Origin: Ophelia neglecta
Lineage: Eukaryota
NCBI GenBank assembly: GCA_965285935.1
Contig: OZ260667.1
Location: forward strand, 12,152,001 to 12,216,000
Direction of reading: 5' to 3'
DNA length: 64,000 nt
Shown here: piece after piece, positions 13,114 to 26,900 of the stretch
How positions within the stretch are numbered: position 1 is the first letter of the stretch
Layout of the letters: every line of letters starts with the position of its first letter
The notes under the pieces: generated by a model
Seen by the model: only the letters and a program-made list of their open reading frames with translations
Told to the model about the DNA's origin: nothing
The model's database searches: none
Position numbers and translations under genes: made by a program

Positions 13114-13215
13114 GGACCGTCTATTGCATGGGACCCTGTTCCAAGGACCGTCTATTGTATGGGACCCTGTTCCAAGGACCGTCTATTGTATGGGACCCTG
13201 TTCCTGGGACCGTCT
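13114..13215. repeat. ~30-bp tandem repeat, ~3.5 copies
   Basis: Unit ggaccgtctattgtatgggaccctgttcca(a). Confidence 0.85.
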
Positions 13216-13242
13216 TTCATATGGTCCCGGGTATATAAACAC

Positions 13243-13372
13243 GATCAGCAGACGTCGCGATCGAAAAGTACAGTCGCGTCGCCCGAAAAGTCGTGTGTAC
13301 AGTGTATCATATATAAGCCTCACTGGAACTGTTTACGATCAAAAACAACTAGCACTGGCTCGAATCGTCTGA
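13243..13372 (-). mobile_element. fragment of the same non-autonomous DNA transposon family as 59631-60226, opposite orientation
   Basis: atcagcagacgtcgcgatcgaaaagtacagtcgc...gaactgtttacgatca...gctcgaatcgtctga aligns with the reverse complement of 59720-59830. Confidence 0.65.
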
Positions 13373-13772
13373 TAGAAACTCTCAGGCTAAAATGAATGCC
13401 CCCTCCACCCACTCTATGCGCGCTCCAAGCCTCTGAACAATCATTACCTGATATTTTACGATCGTTTTCTTTAGTTAGTGGACAGTTATTGATCCAGGAC
13501 ATATTCATCGTGTCCAGTTCACCTGCAGAGTTTACCTCTGATTGTGGTGATGTGTACCTAGTATACAGCGCCGGCGCAATCCCCGCCCCAAGCGTGCTGT
13601 TTCCAGCTTTTAATTTTCGATCAAACTTCGTACGTGACAGACGCCAAAATAAATGGATTGTATCCTACTCAGGCGGGGATCAGAGTGAATTTTTGAGATA
13701 GTGAAGAGAACATGATAGTTGTGACCGGGAAGGTTGAATTACTAACGTTACAGATGGACACAGAGAAGAGGG

Positions 13773-14045
13773 ACACTGATTGGTGACTCTGGGAGGGGAG
13801 TGGCCCTGGGAGGGGAGGGCTCACTGATTGGTGGCCCTGGGTACGGAGGGGTTAAATATAAGTGGCCCTGGGAAAGGCGGAGACACTGGGAGGGAAGGGT
13901 TTAAAGATTGGTGACTCTGGGAGGCGAGGATTACAGATTGTTGACCATAGGAGAGGAGGAGACACTGATTGGTGACCCTGGAAAGGGCGGGTCACTGATT
14001 GGTGGCCCTGCGAGGGGACAAGACACTGATTGGTGGCCCTGGGAG
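13773..14045. repeat. degenerate ~35-bp repeat (cactgattggtggccctgg core)
   Basis: About 7 degenerate copies directly abutting the 32-bp array. Confidence 0.7.
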
Positions 14046-15268
14046 GCTGAGAGGTGAGCCTGGGACTGGGCGGATAGGCTGAGAGGTGAGCCTGGGAAGG
14101 GTGGATAGGGTGAGAGGTGAGCCTGGGACTGGGTGGATAGGCTGAGAGGTGAGCCTGGGACTGGGCGGACAGGCTGAGAGGTGAGCCTGGGACTGGGTGG
14201 ATAGGCTGAGAGGTGAGCCTGGGACTGCGCGGACAGGCTGAGAGGTGAGCCTGGGACTGGGCGGACAGGCTGAGAGGTGAGCCTGGGACTGGGCGGACAG
14301 GCTGAGAGGTGAGCCTGGGACTGGGTGGATAGGCTGAGAGGTGAGCCTGGGACTGGGTGGATAGGGTGAGAGGTGAGCCTGGGACTGGGCGGATAGGCTG
14401 AGAGGTGAGCCTGGGACTGGGTGGATAGGGTGAGAGGTGAGCCTGGGACTGGGCGGATAGGCGGGGAGGAGAGCCTGGGACTGGGCGGATAGGCGGAGAG
14501 ATGAGCCTGGGACTGGGCGGATAGGCTGAGAGGTGAGCCTGGGACTGGGTGGATAGGGTGAGAGGTGAGCCTGGGACTGGGTGAATAGGCTGAGAGGTGA
14601 GCCTGGGACTGGGCGGACAGGCTGAGAGGTGAGCCTGGGACTGGGTGGATAGGCGGAGAGGTGAGCCTGGGACTGGGTGGATAGGGTGAGAGGTGAGCCT
14701 GGGACTGGGCGGATAGGCTGAGAGGTGAGCCTGGGACTGGGTGGATAGGGTGAGAGGTGAGCCTGGGACTGGGCGGATAGGCGGGGAGGAGAGCCTGGGA
14801 CTGGGCGGATAGGCGGAGAGATGAGCCTGGGACTGGGCGGATAGGCTGAGAGGTGAGCCTGGGAAGGGTGGATAGGCTGAGAGGTGAGCCTGGGACTTGG
14901 TGGATAGGCTGAGAGGTGAGCCTGGGACTGGGCGGATAGGCTGAGAGGTGGGCCTGGGACTGGGCGGATAGGCTGAGAGGTGAACCTGGGACTTGGGTGG
15001 ATAGGCTGAGAGGTGAGCTTGGGACTGGGTGGATAGGCTGAGAGGTGAACCTGAGACTGGGTGGATAGGCTGAGAGGTGAGCTTGGGACTGGGTGGATAG
15101 GCTGAGAGGTGAGCTTGGGACTGGGCGGATAGGCTGAGAGGTGAGCCTGGGACTGGGTGGATAGGGTGAGAGGTGAGCCTGGGACTGGGTGGATAGGCTG
15201 AGAGGTGAGCCTGGGACTGGGTGGATAGGCTGAGAGGTGAGCCTGGGACTGGGCGGATAGGCTGAGAG
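14046..15268. repeat. G-rich 32-bp minisatellite, ~38 copies
   Basis: Unit gctgagaggtgagcctgggactggg(c/t)ggatag; the 32-aa periodicity of the overlapping ORFs equals 3 units. Confidence 0.97.
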
Positions 15269-16674
15269 GGGGGCGAAGGGAAATAACTATGGCTAAGGTG
15301 TATGTACTCTGCAAGCGGTGGTCCTGATATCATTACCTATATCAGCGTGCTCACATGAGAGTGTAGCACGATGCCGAGCCTCTTTCAACAGGCTGGGTAC
15401 GAGACGAGACGCTATATATTAGCTGTAAAGTGATTTCTTTTGGCATCCAAGTTATTTGTCCACACTCCTAATAAAACCTGTAGATCATGGTAGTAGTGGA
15501 GCCAAAGGAATGCTTGAAGTCGAGAAATTTATTTCCGAGTGTATACTTAGGCCGGGTTGGCTATAGGAGTTACAGAGGAAGTTAGGCCTATTAGTTGTAG
15601 GTAATTCCACCGCGGTGTGGTTAACCCCCCCAAACGACCTCCTCGTGCACCACATCCGGGAGATGTGGAGGCTTTCTGGCCGTGATCTTACCTGATTGCC
15701 CTGTTAACGAGCACTCTCTTCAATGTCACACGCCGCCTGTCAGGCAGGGTTTGAGACCTGTTCCTGGTTGTTTGTGCCATGCACCCCCACCTCTAAAAAA
15801 AGAATTCCCCTTAGAGAATATCCAAATGATGGGTCATACTTACGATGGCGATTTCGTCACACAGCCCACATGTTGGGGCCGCCTATCAAAGCAACCAAAT
15901 AACAGACGAGATTGTGACCAGAAAGAATTGTTGGCACTTTTCCCGTGCGATTTATTTTCCCTTCACAGCCCATCGAACTTTTGTTTATTTGGCTTTATTG
16001 TCTCGGGAATAGGGACATCGCGTGAACGAGATTCAATAAACCGACCTATTGCCATTGTGACTTGACTTCTATACAGTAACTACAGGGCGGGAAGTGCTAC
16101 CAAACGACAGAATGTCACAATATCTCACGTAAATGTTGGTGAATATTATGTAAATGGTGAATGTCGGCCATTTTGATGCGTTTGCCTTGTGTGGTCAGTG
16201 TGGCGAGTGGTCCTTGTTTGCTTGTATGTAGACTCATCCTGAGGGTTAATCACCAATATACATGGTCTGTACATACACCTAGAATAAGGTCAATATTAGA
16301 TAGCAAGAAATTTGGTCCCTTGGACTAAATAACCAAGTGAACCACATCAATTTGGCGCCTATGTAGACTTCAAATATATCTGAAGCCAGCTGGCTGATGT
16401 TAACCTATATATAATATTACTTTTTGTAAAATATACCTATCGTTGTCAGAGTGTAACCTGCCAGAATGATAGTTTTAAACCATGAAGCTCATTTTCTGCC
16501 ACCAAAAAAGCCGTACACAACAACACCCCTGGATAAGACTGTCGAAGCTTGCAAATCACGTACACATGTTAAAGAGAGTTTATTAGGTACAGGTCCTCGC
16601 CTCCGATCAATTCGCACGACACTTAAAATTTACCTAGATACTTTAATTTGTGATTTAAAATGCGAGTACGAACC

Positions 16675-17686
16675 GTAAAAACTGGAACGTGAGAACGTGC
16701 GCCGTAAACACACTAAAACACGAGAACGTGCGCCATAAACAAACTAGAAAACGAGAACGTGCGCCGTCAACACACTAGAACGTGAGAACGTGCGCCGTCA
16801 ACACACTAGAACACGAGAACGTGCGCCGTTAACACACTAGAACGTGAGAACGTGCGCCGTAAACACACTAGAACGCGAGAACGTGCGCCGTAAACACACT
16901 AGAACGCGAGAACGTGCGCCGTAAACACACTAGAACGCGAGAACGTGCGCCGTAAACACACTAGAACGTGAGAACGTGCGCCGTAAACACTTTAGAACGT
17001 GATAACGTGCGCCGTAGACACACTAGAACACGAGAATGTGCGCCGTAAACACACTAGAACGTGAGAACGTGCGCCGTAAACACCCTAGAACGTGAGAATG
17101 TGCGCCGTAAACACTTTAGAACGTGAGAACGTGCGCCGTAAACACACTAGAACGTGGGAAAGTGCGCCGTAAACACACTAGAACACGAGAACGTGCGCCG
17201 TAAACACACTAAAACACGAGAACGTGCGCCGTGAACAAACTAGAACACGAGAACATGCGTCGTAAACACATTAGAACGTAGGAACGTGCGCCGTAAACAC
17301 ACTAGAACACGAGAACGTGCACCGAAAACACACTAAAACACGAGAACGTGCGCCGTGAACAAACTAGAACACGAGAACGTGCGTCGTAAACACACTACAA
17401 CGTGAGAACGTGCGCCGTAAACACACTAGAACGTGAGAACGTGCGCCGTTAACACACAAGAACGCGAGAACGTGCGCCGTAAACACACTAGAACGCGAGA
17501 ACGTGCGCCGTAAACACACTAGAACGTGAGAACGTGCGCCGTAAACACACTAGAACGCGAGAACGTGCGCCGTAAACACACTAGAACGTGAGAACGTGCG
17601 CCGTAAACGCACTAAAACACGAGAACGTGCGCCATAAACAAACTAGAACGCGAGTACGTGTACGTCATTAACACACTAGAACGTGA
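16675..17686. repeat. 31-bp minisatellite, ~32 copies
   Basis: Unit gaacgtgcgccgtaaacacactagaacg(t/c)ga; no unique spacers. Confidence 0.97.
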
Positions 17687-18185
17687 GGCAAAGGTTTAAA
17701 GGAAAAACAACGCATTCTACTTATATAATAATATAAACATCTAATACATTAACTTGTATAGTCAAACTACACTTCCAAAATACATTTAATAGTTACTCTA
17801 GCATGATGTCATTGGTAAGAGAACCCCAGACAAGGAATTGTTACAACAGAAGCTTGGTTTGCAGGTGCCACTGTAGGACTGCTGTGAATTATTGATGTTA
17901 ATGGGTTTGGTTCAGGAGGCCGAATTCGTAATCTGCCATCGACTATCTTATTATTAAATTACCCTGACCCATTTACACTGGGGACCCATGATTGTATCGT
18001 TATTAATATCAGGTCGGACGCTCGTAGAGGCGTTAAACCTCGCTTTTATGTTTGGACTTTCACCTTCCAGCTATGTTCCCTTGCTATACTTATGCACGCC
18101 CTCTTGAAGTCTTTTTGGCTTATGGACTTGGTACCAACCCTTGGATTTTTATCCTTTTTATCCCGCGCCAATCCTGCGAGGATTC

Positions 18186-18285
18186 AGGATGCACGGTCGA
18201 TGCACGGTCGATGCACGGTCAGGATGCACGGCCAGGATGCACGGCCAGGAAGTACGGTCAGGATGCACGGCCAGGAAGCACGGCC
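18186..18285. repeat. 10-13-bp tandem repeat (aggatgcacggcc)
   Basis: Direct reading. Confidence 0.85.
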
Positions 18286-19302
18286 TGCAATAACCGCACT
18301 GCGGCAACACAAACCATTGCAAAACTGAATTTCTAAAGTGGTGTTTAATGTGTCCGACGCCCTGTTTGTGCCTGCCGAACCTTCAGAAAGTGAGTCTGAC
18401 TTACTCGAGATATTTCATTAATGTTAATCTCCTTACGTATTACTAAATACATCGATCAAATAGTTGCCCTGGCCGCAAACATTTAGGCCTGTGTTTGATA
18501 CATTACACAGATAATCACAGATTTGTCCCACTCCCGCCCCGAGCAACCCCGAGAATATACTGAGATTTCTTTGGCCTTAACACTGCCCAGATTTATAAAC
18601 ACTTGGACGGTGTCATATTAAACCTGCCCAGCTCGGAGCCGTCGACAAGTGCGAGCGGTTCAGAGATGATGCGATGACTTGTGTAAGTGATACATTATAA
18701 CTATGAGAGACCATGTTGCTCTATATGTGCTAAACATTTAGGCGAATGTGCCCTAACAAGTGTAGAAATGTAATGCCAGTGCGCTAACTAGGGCAAATAT
18801 TTGGTAGACTCTCTGCCCTTACTATATAGGGCCGACTTTTTTTCTACCCAAAAGTAATGAAGTCCCCTCCCCCCCCCCCTCGGAGGCGAGAGAGGGCGAA
18901 GTATCAAAAAGGCTGTATCCCTTGGATCCTGTGCCATTGATCTTGTGCTCCTATAACATTCTATTAAAAAAAAACACTATTGCAATCCCCTTTTGGTGAA
19001 GGTGAGGTATCGTTACCCTAATATTTCTACCCCACCCCGACCCCCCTCCTCCCTTTAGCCACCCAGTACCTTAACCTTCTCTATTCTTCTGCTGACGATC
19101 CTGGGGCACATCAGATTTTCACAGTTCATTCAATGATATATAGGTACAAGCAAATGATTCATACACGTATGTATATTGGTTCCCAAACCTGCTCATCTTC
19201 ACTCGCCCTCGGTCCTTTCTGTCCCAGTGAATCTGAATCACTAACACATTTTTATTAACCTATTAGCTGCAAAATATTCATTAATTATAGCTGAACATTA
19301 GT

Positions 19303-19629
19303 TGTGCTGTGGCTCAGTATACATAAAGTTACTCATATTTAATCTCGGTTTGCATCCGGTTAGTTCGTAATTTTCCAGGTTCACCCCTCATAAATGTCCC
19401 TGGCCTATTAGATATCGCCCCCTCCCCGTGTCCCTCTTCCCGCGGAGAGCCGTGCTAACTCGTGTCGAGAGTACTCTGTTTACTATCTCTCCACATGTCC
19501 TATTACCGCCGACAGACCACTTGTCCTGACAGATGTGAATGTCGACGGAGATGGACAGACAGCTGTCGGGGCTCTGACCATCCTGGGGCACATGGCCCTC
19601 CAGCCTCGATATTAAACCTCAATCAACCG
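19303..19629 (+). mobile_element. probable degenerate tRNA-derived SINE
   Basis: A-box-like tgtggctcagt, B-box-like ggtttgcatcc, and a 3' tail gatattaaacctcaatcaacc. Confidence 0.4.
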
Positions 19630-21254
19630 TGAAGCCTTAAGCTCTGTCTGCCAATTAACAGCGGCAGTAAGCCGGCGGCGGACATCCGTACCATCTCTGC
19701 CGTACATCTGTTAAGTGGGTTCGTGGCAGTAATCCACTTCACAGTGTTTGTCTACCTCGACTCCGACAATGGAGTCCAAGGCAAATAAGTTGAACTGGAG
19801 AGGGGCCGCTCTTTGTTTGGTACAATGTTCAAAGCTTTAAGGCATTTTATCTAAGTGAAGCGAAAAATGTGATTGTACTGACTTATTAAAGTCTATATTA
19901 AAGATTTCATAAATGTCTGGGTTCATTTCTTCTTTATTAGCACTGTGACAACATAACAGTGGTAGTTTTTTCCCGGGGTTTCCTTTCTCGCTGTATCAGT
20001 ATGCGCGCTCACGGACATACCTGAATACTTTAAATGCCAGCGCCCAAGTCACTGAGAGCTGCTGATATTGTTTTGATGTTTAAGTAACAGGGGGCCAGCT
20101 TGTAGCAGAGGAAGAATGCTGCATGCGTACGGGAAGTCGACTGTACCTCAGTAATTATAGTTTGATCACCGCGTCTTCAACTTCCATCGCTCTCTTAAAC
20201 TAAAGTATAAACTATGAGGCAGTCATGGTGGGCCTCATTGGGCGCGGACAACTAGAACATTATAGTCATCAGGCCTATCACAAGGGAAGATGATCTAATA
20301 TCTTGTGAGGTTTGTATAACACCTGAGAGATGAGTGGATTGCGCAGTGTTTTTTTGTAGCCTGTACTCACGTCAGTGATGTTGTAATATATATTCCTGTA
20401 GAATCGATTAACACGGGGCTACCAGCTATTTATATCAAAAACGCGAGGTTCTGCTAGGTTTGTTTACATACCAATGTAAAGGGATAGGCGCGAATCCTTA
20501 AAACTTACCTTTAATATGTGGTGAATGAGTAATCCTTCTAAAATGTATTTTACTTGCGTGTGTGGTGAAAATATTCCAAGTATCACACGAATTGGTACCC
20601 AATTGAGGAGTCAAACTTTCACATGCATCCTCTCCGGCCAGCTGAAGATAACATATATACGAATATCAGTAATTCTCCAGCTGTTTGTTGCCTTGCTGTC
20701 CTCTAGCTATCAGTTTTATGAGCGCGCTGTGATGGGCTGAAGTGGTCTACCACTCGCGGCTCATTGAATGTGGGCGGGCGCGCGGAGGCCGGTGTTCGGA
20801 CAAACTGGGCAGCTTAATAGCACGCAATAGGCCGGGGAGGGAGGGAGGGGGGCTATTGATCAGTGGGGCGGCTACGCACAGACGGAGAGTGGCTATCGAC
20901 AGAGGCCCGAGGGGGAGCGTCCATTTTAGGTGGGTACGGGACATCACGCGGAGGGCTTTTCCCCAGCAAGAAAAAACTGGGCACCCTGATAAATGGTGTC
21001 TTTCGGGCCAAATTTATGGGTAGAGGAGAGGTGGTGAACTAGTGGAAAAAGTGGGGGAAGAGGGGGTGGAATCAAAGAATCAAAGGGGCCATGATAAGGC
21101 AATTTTTTTACGAACAAACATTCTGTATCAAATCTTATCGTCAAAAACGCCTAAACCTTTTCTTTTTGCTCCATGCAAACGTGACTAACACTCTTTTTTT
21201 TCTCCTACTAAACCTTCCAACCCCTCCCCTATCCTCTCACCAGTTATTCCAAGG

Positions 21255-21725
21255 TACATCCCTGAGCTACTAACTCACCGCCTGCAACACCCCTCTCCAA
21301 TTTTCTTTTGATGCGTTCCTGGGCTACCCCCCCCCCCCCCCCTTCTCTGTACAATTCTCTCGTGGTGCGCTCAGGAGCTACTACCTCCACCTCCACTTAC
21401 ATGATTTCGTGGTGCGTCGGTGTGAGCTAAGCCCCCCCCCCCCCCTTTCCAGTCTCGTCGTGGTCCTTCTCTGAGACACTGAACTCCACCTCCCCTCCCC
21501 AGTTATCTCTTGGTGTGTCCCTGAGTTACTATCACCCACCAACCGCAACCACCTCCTCTCTACAGTTCTCTCGTGGTGCATTCCTGAGGTCCTAACCACG
21601 GCTCCATCCCCCTCTCCTGTTATCTCATGTTGCATCCCTGAGCTACTGAACTTCTCCCCGCCTCCTAACACCATTTTTCTCATTGTGCGTTCCTGAGCAA
21701 ATACCCCCCCCCCCCCCCCCCCCCG
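21255..21725. repeat. degenerate ~55-60-bp C-rich tandem repeat
   Basis: Recurrent ...tc(g/t)tggtgcgttcctgagcta...(C)n units. Confidence 0.65.
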
Positions 21726-23940
21726 GAAATACGCGTTTATACAGAAACTGCCCAACTCTCCTGAATAAAACAATGTGAATCGATCTTGAGTAGAGCAGAA
21801 ATAAGTTTTTGACGCAAACACTTTGCTAATATTCACCCTTAATTAAATATTGGATGTGCATCTTGCTTAGCGTGCATTTTTCAAAAACACATTTATCACA
21901 TGAACATAAACTTTCAGCTGCGACCGACATAATATCCAGTGTAGCCCTATAAGCCAATAATCGTATTTTTTCTGTCAAATTTACCATGGTCCCTTATAAC
22001 CTTCAATCATTCAGTGTACGGTCGTATTTGTGTGGGACTGCGATGAAAATTTTTGTTAAATTAATTCAGGAACTGTTACATTTATTTAAAATATGGAAAC
22101 CGTGTCTATATTAAGTGGTTTATTATAATTTTTACAAATGATGCTGTAATGATGGTATAATGCCAACCGATGATGGCCCTCCCATGAGAGCTATAAAATC
22201 AAACTATCATCTAATGTTTAGAATAAATTCATATTCACACATTTCACATTTTATTGGGTTGAATTGGTTGTACAAACGAATAAAACTATCAACAGCTTTC
22301 CAATTGAACTTCATTCCGTATATCTGATAAATATTTATCGTGAAAGTGGATTACTCTATTATAACATGTGAATATTGTGAAAATGTCCTTAAAATGTGTA
22401 CCATTGTCTTTAAAGTTCTAGAAAATACACAAAAAGACGTGTCAAATACATTCCAGAGGAGATCTGTAAACAACCCAGCATTCTTAAACCAACTCAATAA
22501 TTATTGACACGATCTTGACATTGTACTGCTGAACAATGGTAGAAATATTGTAAACATATTATAGCTCGTATTCATTGAAATTCTCAGCGGCCAAACAAAG
22601 GACAGGGAAGCGCTTATTAGTCAATCATTTCTTTAGTCTGTATATACATTGATTCTTTGTCTAGTGGTGTAATGCACTGTATGCAAATTGTAAAATATAT
22701 TTATCTATATATCTTTCTGTCTATATGGTATACGCATACATGTTATAAGCCTTATATATTTTCACTAAGACACTCCACGAAACAACAAAACCTACATCTA
22801 TAAGTCATTGTCGTCTGCTAATTTTACTTTGAGTGTTTATCAATGAGGTCGCTAACAAAAAAATTGGCTGGCAAAATTGATTATTACTTTTAAACAGTAA
22901 AAAAGCTGAGCTCTTTGATTCACCACGTACCCTGCTTAAAATACTCTATACATGAAAACTTGTGACTAGTTCTACTCTTGAAAAAAAAATGCCCCATACC
23001 TTCTTTTCAAGGCAATTTTGATGAATATCTTCAATTGATTCTCGATATACTTTTACAGTAAGTAGTTTAACACGACAAACCCGTGCTGTGCCCCGAAACA
23101 GAATATATATGCAACGTATTTACTGATTACGTCATCCGACCATTGATCTGTGATCGAAACGATGGTGATTGAGAAAAGCTAGAGGTGTTTATGGAACACG
23201 CTTCCGCGAAGTAAACATTTCATAAAGTTGGTGCCAGTTGGTGTATCTTAAGTTCCTGTATAACATCCATTGTTGGCGACATAATCAAACAAATCTCCCG
23301 AACTTCACTGCAGAATAGTTTGTATTTGCCAATACTTGATCTGTTTTCGCGGTATGACCTGATGCCCGGATACCTAATTAAAAATTTGTCTACTAAGTGA
23401 CTGTTTGCTCATAAATACATTAATATATTCTTCACGTTAATTGCTACTCTAGTTTTGTTCAATATAGAAAGGGCCTAAGCTCATAGACTGTGTACAACTT
23501 GGGCTCCCTTTGTTCTGATTGTCTTTATATACACATCATACACTATTTGACAGTCAATTATTACTGCTAATTAACAAACTGCTGTAGACCTTATAATAAA
23601 CAATATAGTATGCTTCATGTTCATGTATAAAATCCTTTCATTATAAAGGATAACCTCCGTCGTTGAACAGCAGCCAACAACTGACGCCATGAATAATAAA
23701 AAGCTATAGGTGAACCTGACGAGAAAGCTGTCTCTGTCACAGTATTCAGATATAGTTGAGCAGGAGTGGTTAAGAAAATAGTATTGGTTAACAAGCAGAG
23801 TGGTATCCGTGTTATTACCTTTTTCTTAATGTGTTTTAAATGACCAGCTAGGGTGTTTTGAGCAGACAGTCAGCGATGTTCTACACTACTTTTATTTTCG
23901 AAACTGGGTGACTAGTTCCTCTTTCCTCCGCGCAATCCTT

Positions 23941-26900
23941 CTAGAACTTGGTTGAGTAGTAATGTAGCTCCTTGCCTGCGTCCGGGGCGTGAATGTCCAC
24001 CATGTAGGACAGCTTCTTGGCACTCACCCAACTGTAAGTGTTGTCAAACCTCAACACATCTAAAATCAATGTTGAAAACCTTAGTTTTAGTTTGCAATAT
24101 ATTGTATTTTGAATGTCGAACGCAACTTGGTAAAAGGAAAACTAATATATTCAGGAATATTAAAGGCAAATTTGCGCATTTAGGGACCGGTCCGGTCCGA
24201 GATTATGATCGGGGGAGGGGAGGGGTAAAGCCATCCGAGGTGGAATGGGGAAGGGGGAGAAAGAATAAACTTCAGCCGAGGGGCTCCGAAAGTTCCGGGA
24301 ACACATTTCGTCCATAAATGAAAAATAAATGACCTCTTTTCTTCTCTTTTGGATTGCCATGAAGTCCTAAATACGGAGGTACCAAATGCATTAACAAGCA
24401 TAGGCGGTCCTTACAAACGAGGTTGTTAGTAAAGAAAGGTCATAGGCGGTCCTTACAAACGAGGTTGTTAGTAAAGTAAGGTCATAGGCGGTCCTTACAA
24501 ACGAGGTTGTTAGTAAAGTAAGGTTGCTTTTCTGGTAATTACTAACTGTGTAGTGCCAGGTATCCGTTAAAGGGGATCCTTTACACAGTGTATGTCGAGA
24601 TTATAGAATATACAATGCATTCCTCCAGCTTGTCGAGCTACTTTACTTTACTAATAGTACCATTAGCTTCCAATGGTACCATTCCTTAATAACGAAAATA
24701 TCATGCAGCAAATTCATAATGTAAGCAGTTCCGCGAATATTTTATGCCATGTAAATTGTCCAATATCCAAGGGGGTACCTATTTTTGCAAGCAAAACACA
24801 GCTTTATTGTCTATTTGAAATATCCTGGGCTTTCTTCTTTCGGGGTTAAATCTCTCAAGCACAACCAACGTTTTTCAGAGGATCATTCCGTGGTTTACTC
24901 ATTCTTGCTTGCCTATTGTATTATAATAATCATCCTATGTTAGCTAGATCTTTTAATAGAAAGGTTGTAAGCCATATCCAGAGAGAAAAATTTGTTTTCA
25001 AACAGTTGAAACCGTTTGTTAATGCGAAGTTAGTAAAAAGAGGGCTGTTTAAAATATTTTTGTCCTGCATGTTTACCATAAAATTTGAAGAAACGAAGAT
25101 TGTTCGAAAATAATCTTGCATCTAGCTTTTTGGCTTGAAATCTCTTGCTAGTAAGTACTGTTATTTAACTTCCATTAGTCCGGTTGTATCTATTTCTCGA
25201 TAATGCTTTCCCTTATTTTTTTCACCGAGGGACGATTCTTAGTTTGATATCTTAATTGATTTCGTTACAAGCAAATGTACAATTAGGAAGCTGGAAATTG
25301 ATGTAGTTTGGCCTGCACCTGGTGGTTCCTCACGAATTCGGACCGATTTATTGAACTATTCTTGATCAATGAGTTTGCTTTGTCAGCCGCGTGTACACTT
25401 CCGTTTTATCACGTGGGTAGGAGAGCGTTTAGACATTTAGACATGTTTAGTTTCACCACAGAAAGGTGGGAGATACAGATACCCTTTAGGCCAGTCGGTT
25501 GGTCACTCGGCTGAGTTTGTTAGCACTGCTGGACGATATTCATGCTGTACTGTGTGCCATTATACAAAAAAATAGCAAACTTTCCGTTTTCCGGGACAAC
25601 CTTAGTGCAATACTTACAGGTGCCAGTCTCGGGACATGTGACCTGTCCGTTCTCGGGGACCATGTGACTGTTGACCCTCTCACTAGGTAAAACGACTTCC
25701 ATCTCGTTCGCCTTCTGACGTTCATCCGCCGTTCGTCGGAAAACTCCGAACCCAATGTCATTTCCTTCTGACTTAAATTGCCAGCTATAATGAAAATGGT
25801 AACAAAATTTACTGTGACATCTTTGTTAATATTTGTATAAGGCAGGTAAATAACTGGCATACCAGTTTGAAAATCCTACTGAGTTGGGAAGTTCATTCCA
25901 TTGAGGCGTGATTTGTACTCTAAAGCCTTGTTCCATCTGAAAACCTTGAATTAAAATATTGCAACTATATTTGGAATATGACTGCCCAATCACAAGTTTT
26001 CTATATTAAAACAATATTATTTAAACTATAGTTTACTTCAAACGTCGTTAATAAGGCACCTACTATAGTAGTATTCCCATAGTTATATTTCACCCTAGTG
26101 GTTAAATACAATGATCAATTGTGTTTCCACTAAACTTAGTTGTCCTGGCCCTATATTAATAAAAATTGGAGTAAAAATTTAGTTTAAATACTATAGTAAG
26201 GACTGTAGTATACTTTAGTATATAGAGAAATAACGGTTAATCGGTTACATTAGTATAGTTAATATCTTTCTCTTTAGTGATGCACTCTGGTAATTTAACG
26301 CTGGTGTTTACTGTGGTTACCCTCTTTAGTCATTCAGCGGTTTATTCACTTAAGTCGGCAACAAAGTTGTACTAGAAGGTACTCGTGCATTCTCGACGGG
26401 GATGGTGATCATGTGTGACCACAACTCATAACATTAAATATATAAAACCGTCAAAGAAGGCATAATGTATATTAGAACGGCTCTAAGTAAAAAATGATAC
26501 ATCATTTCATAATATAGAAATAAGCGCCTCAAAGAGAATGTATACTGTAACAGTTAAAATGTTAACGGGTTTTAAATCGCGAAATGAAACTGCCGCGAAA
26601 TTAGACCTCAGGAATATTTCAGCATCTAATGTGTTGGGATTCAGCAGAAAAATTGCTGACACACAGTATATAATGAGGTAAATGTGCAAATATGTGGATT
26701 TAACCCAGTCGAGAGCGAGGAGATGCCACTGGCACATATATAATGATGAGGGTAATGTGCAGTATGAATTTAACCCAGTCGAGAGAGGGTAGAGAGAATG
26801 TGGATTAGGGGGGAGGGGAGGAGGAGGAGGAGGAAAAAAAAAACAGCATTTCTTTGTGTATTCTTTTTGATACATATCCTCCATTAATGTCATTAATATT

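Noticed and set aside
12769-13395. 208-aa ORF
   Set aside because: Runs through C-rich degenerate repeats, a 30-bp array and a transposon fragment; no domain.
13852-15333. 493-aa and 440-aa Pro/Ser-rich ORFs
   Set aside because: They are translations of the 32-bp minisatellite, whose C-rich strand lacks stops; the same peptide appears in several frames.
16675-17686. CRISPR-like array (31-bp repeats); also considered for 4492-4953 and 63048-63477
   Set aside because: Units are head-to-tail with no unique spacers, there are no cas genes, and the context is eukaryotic.
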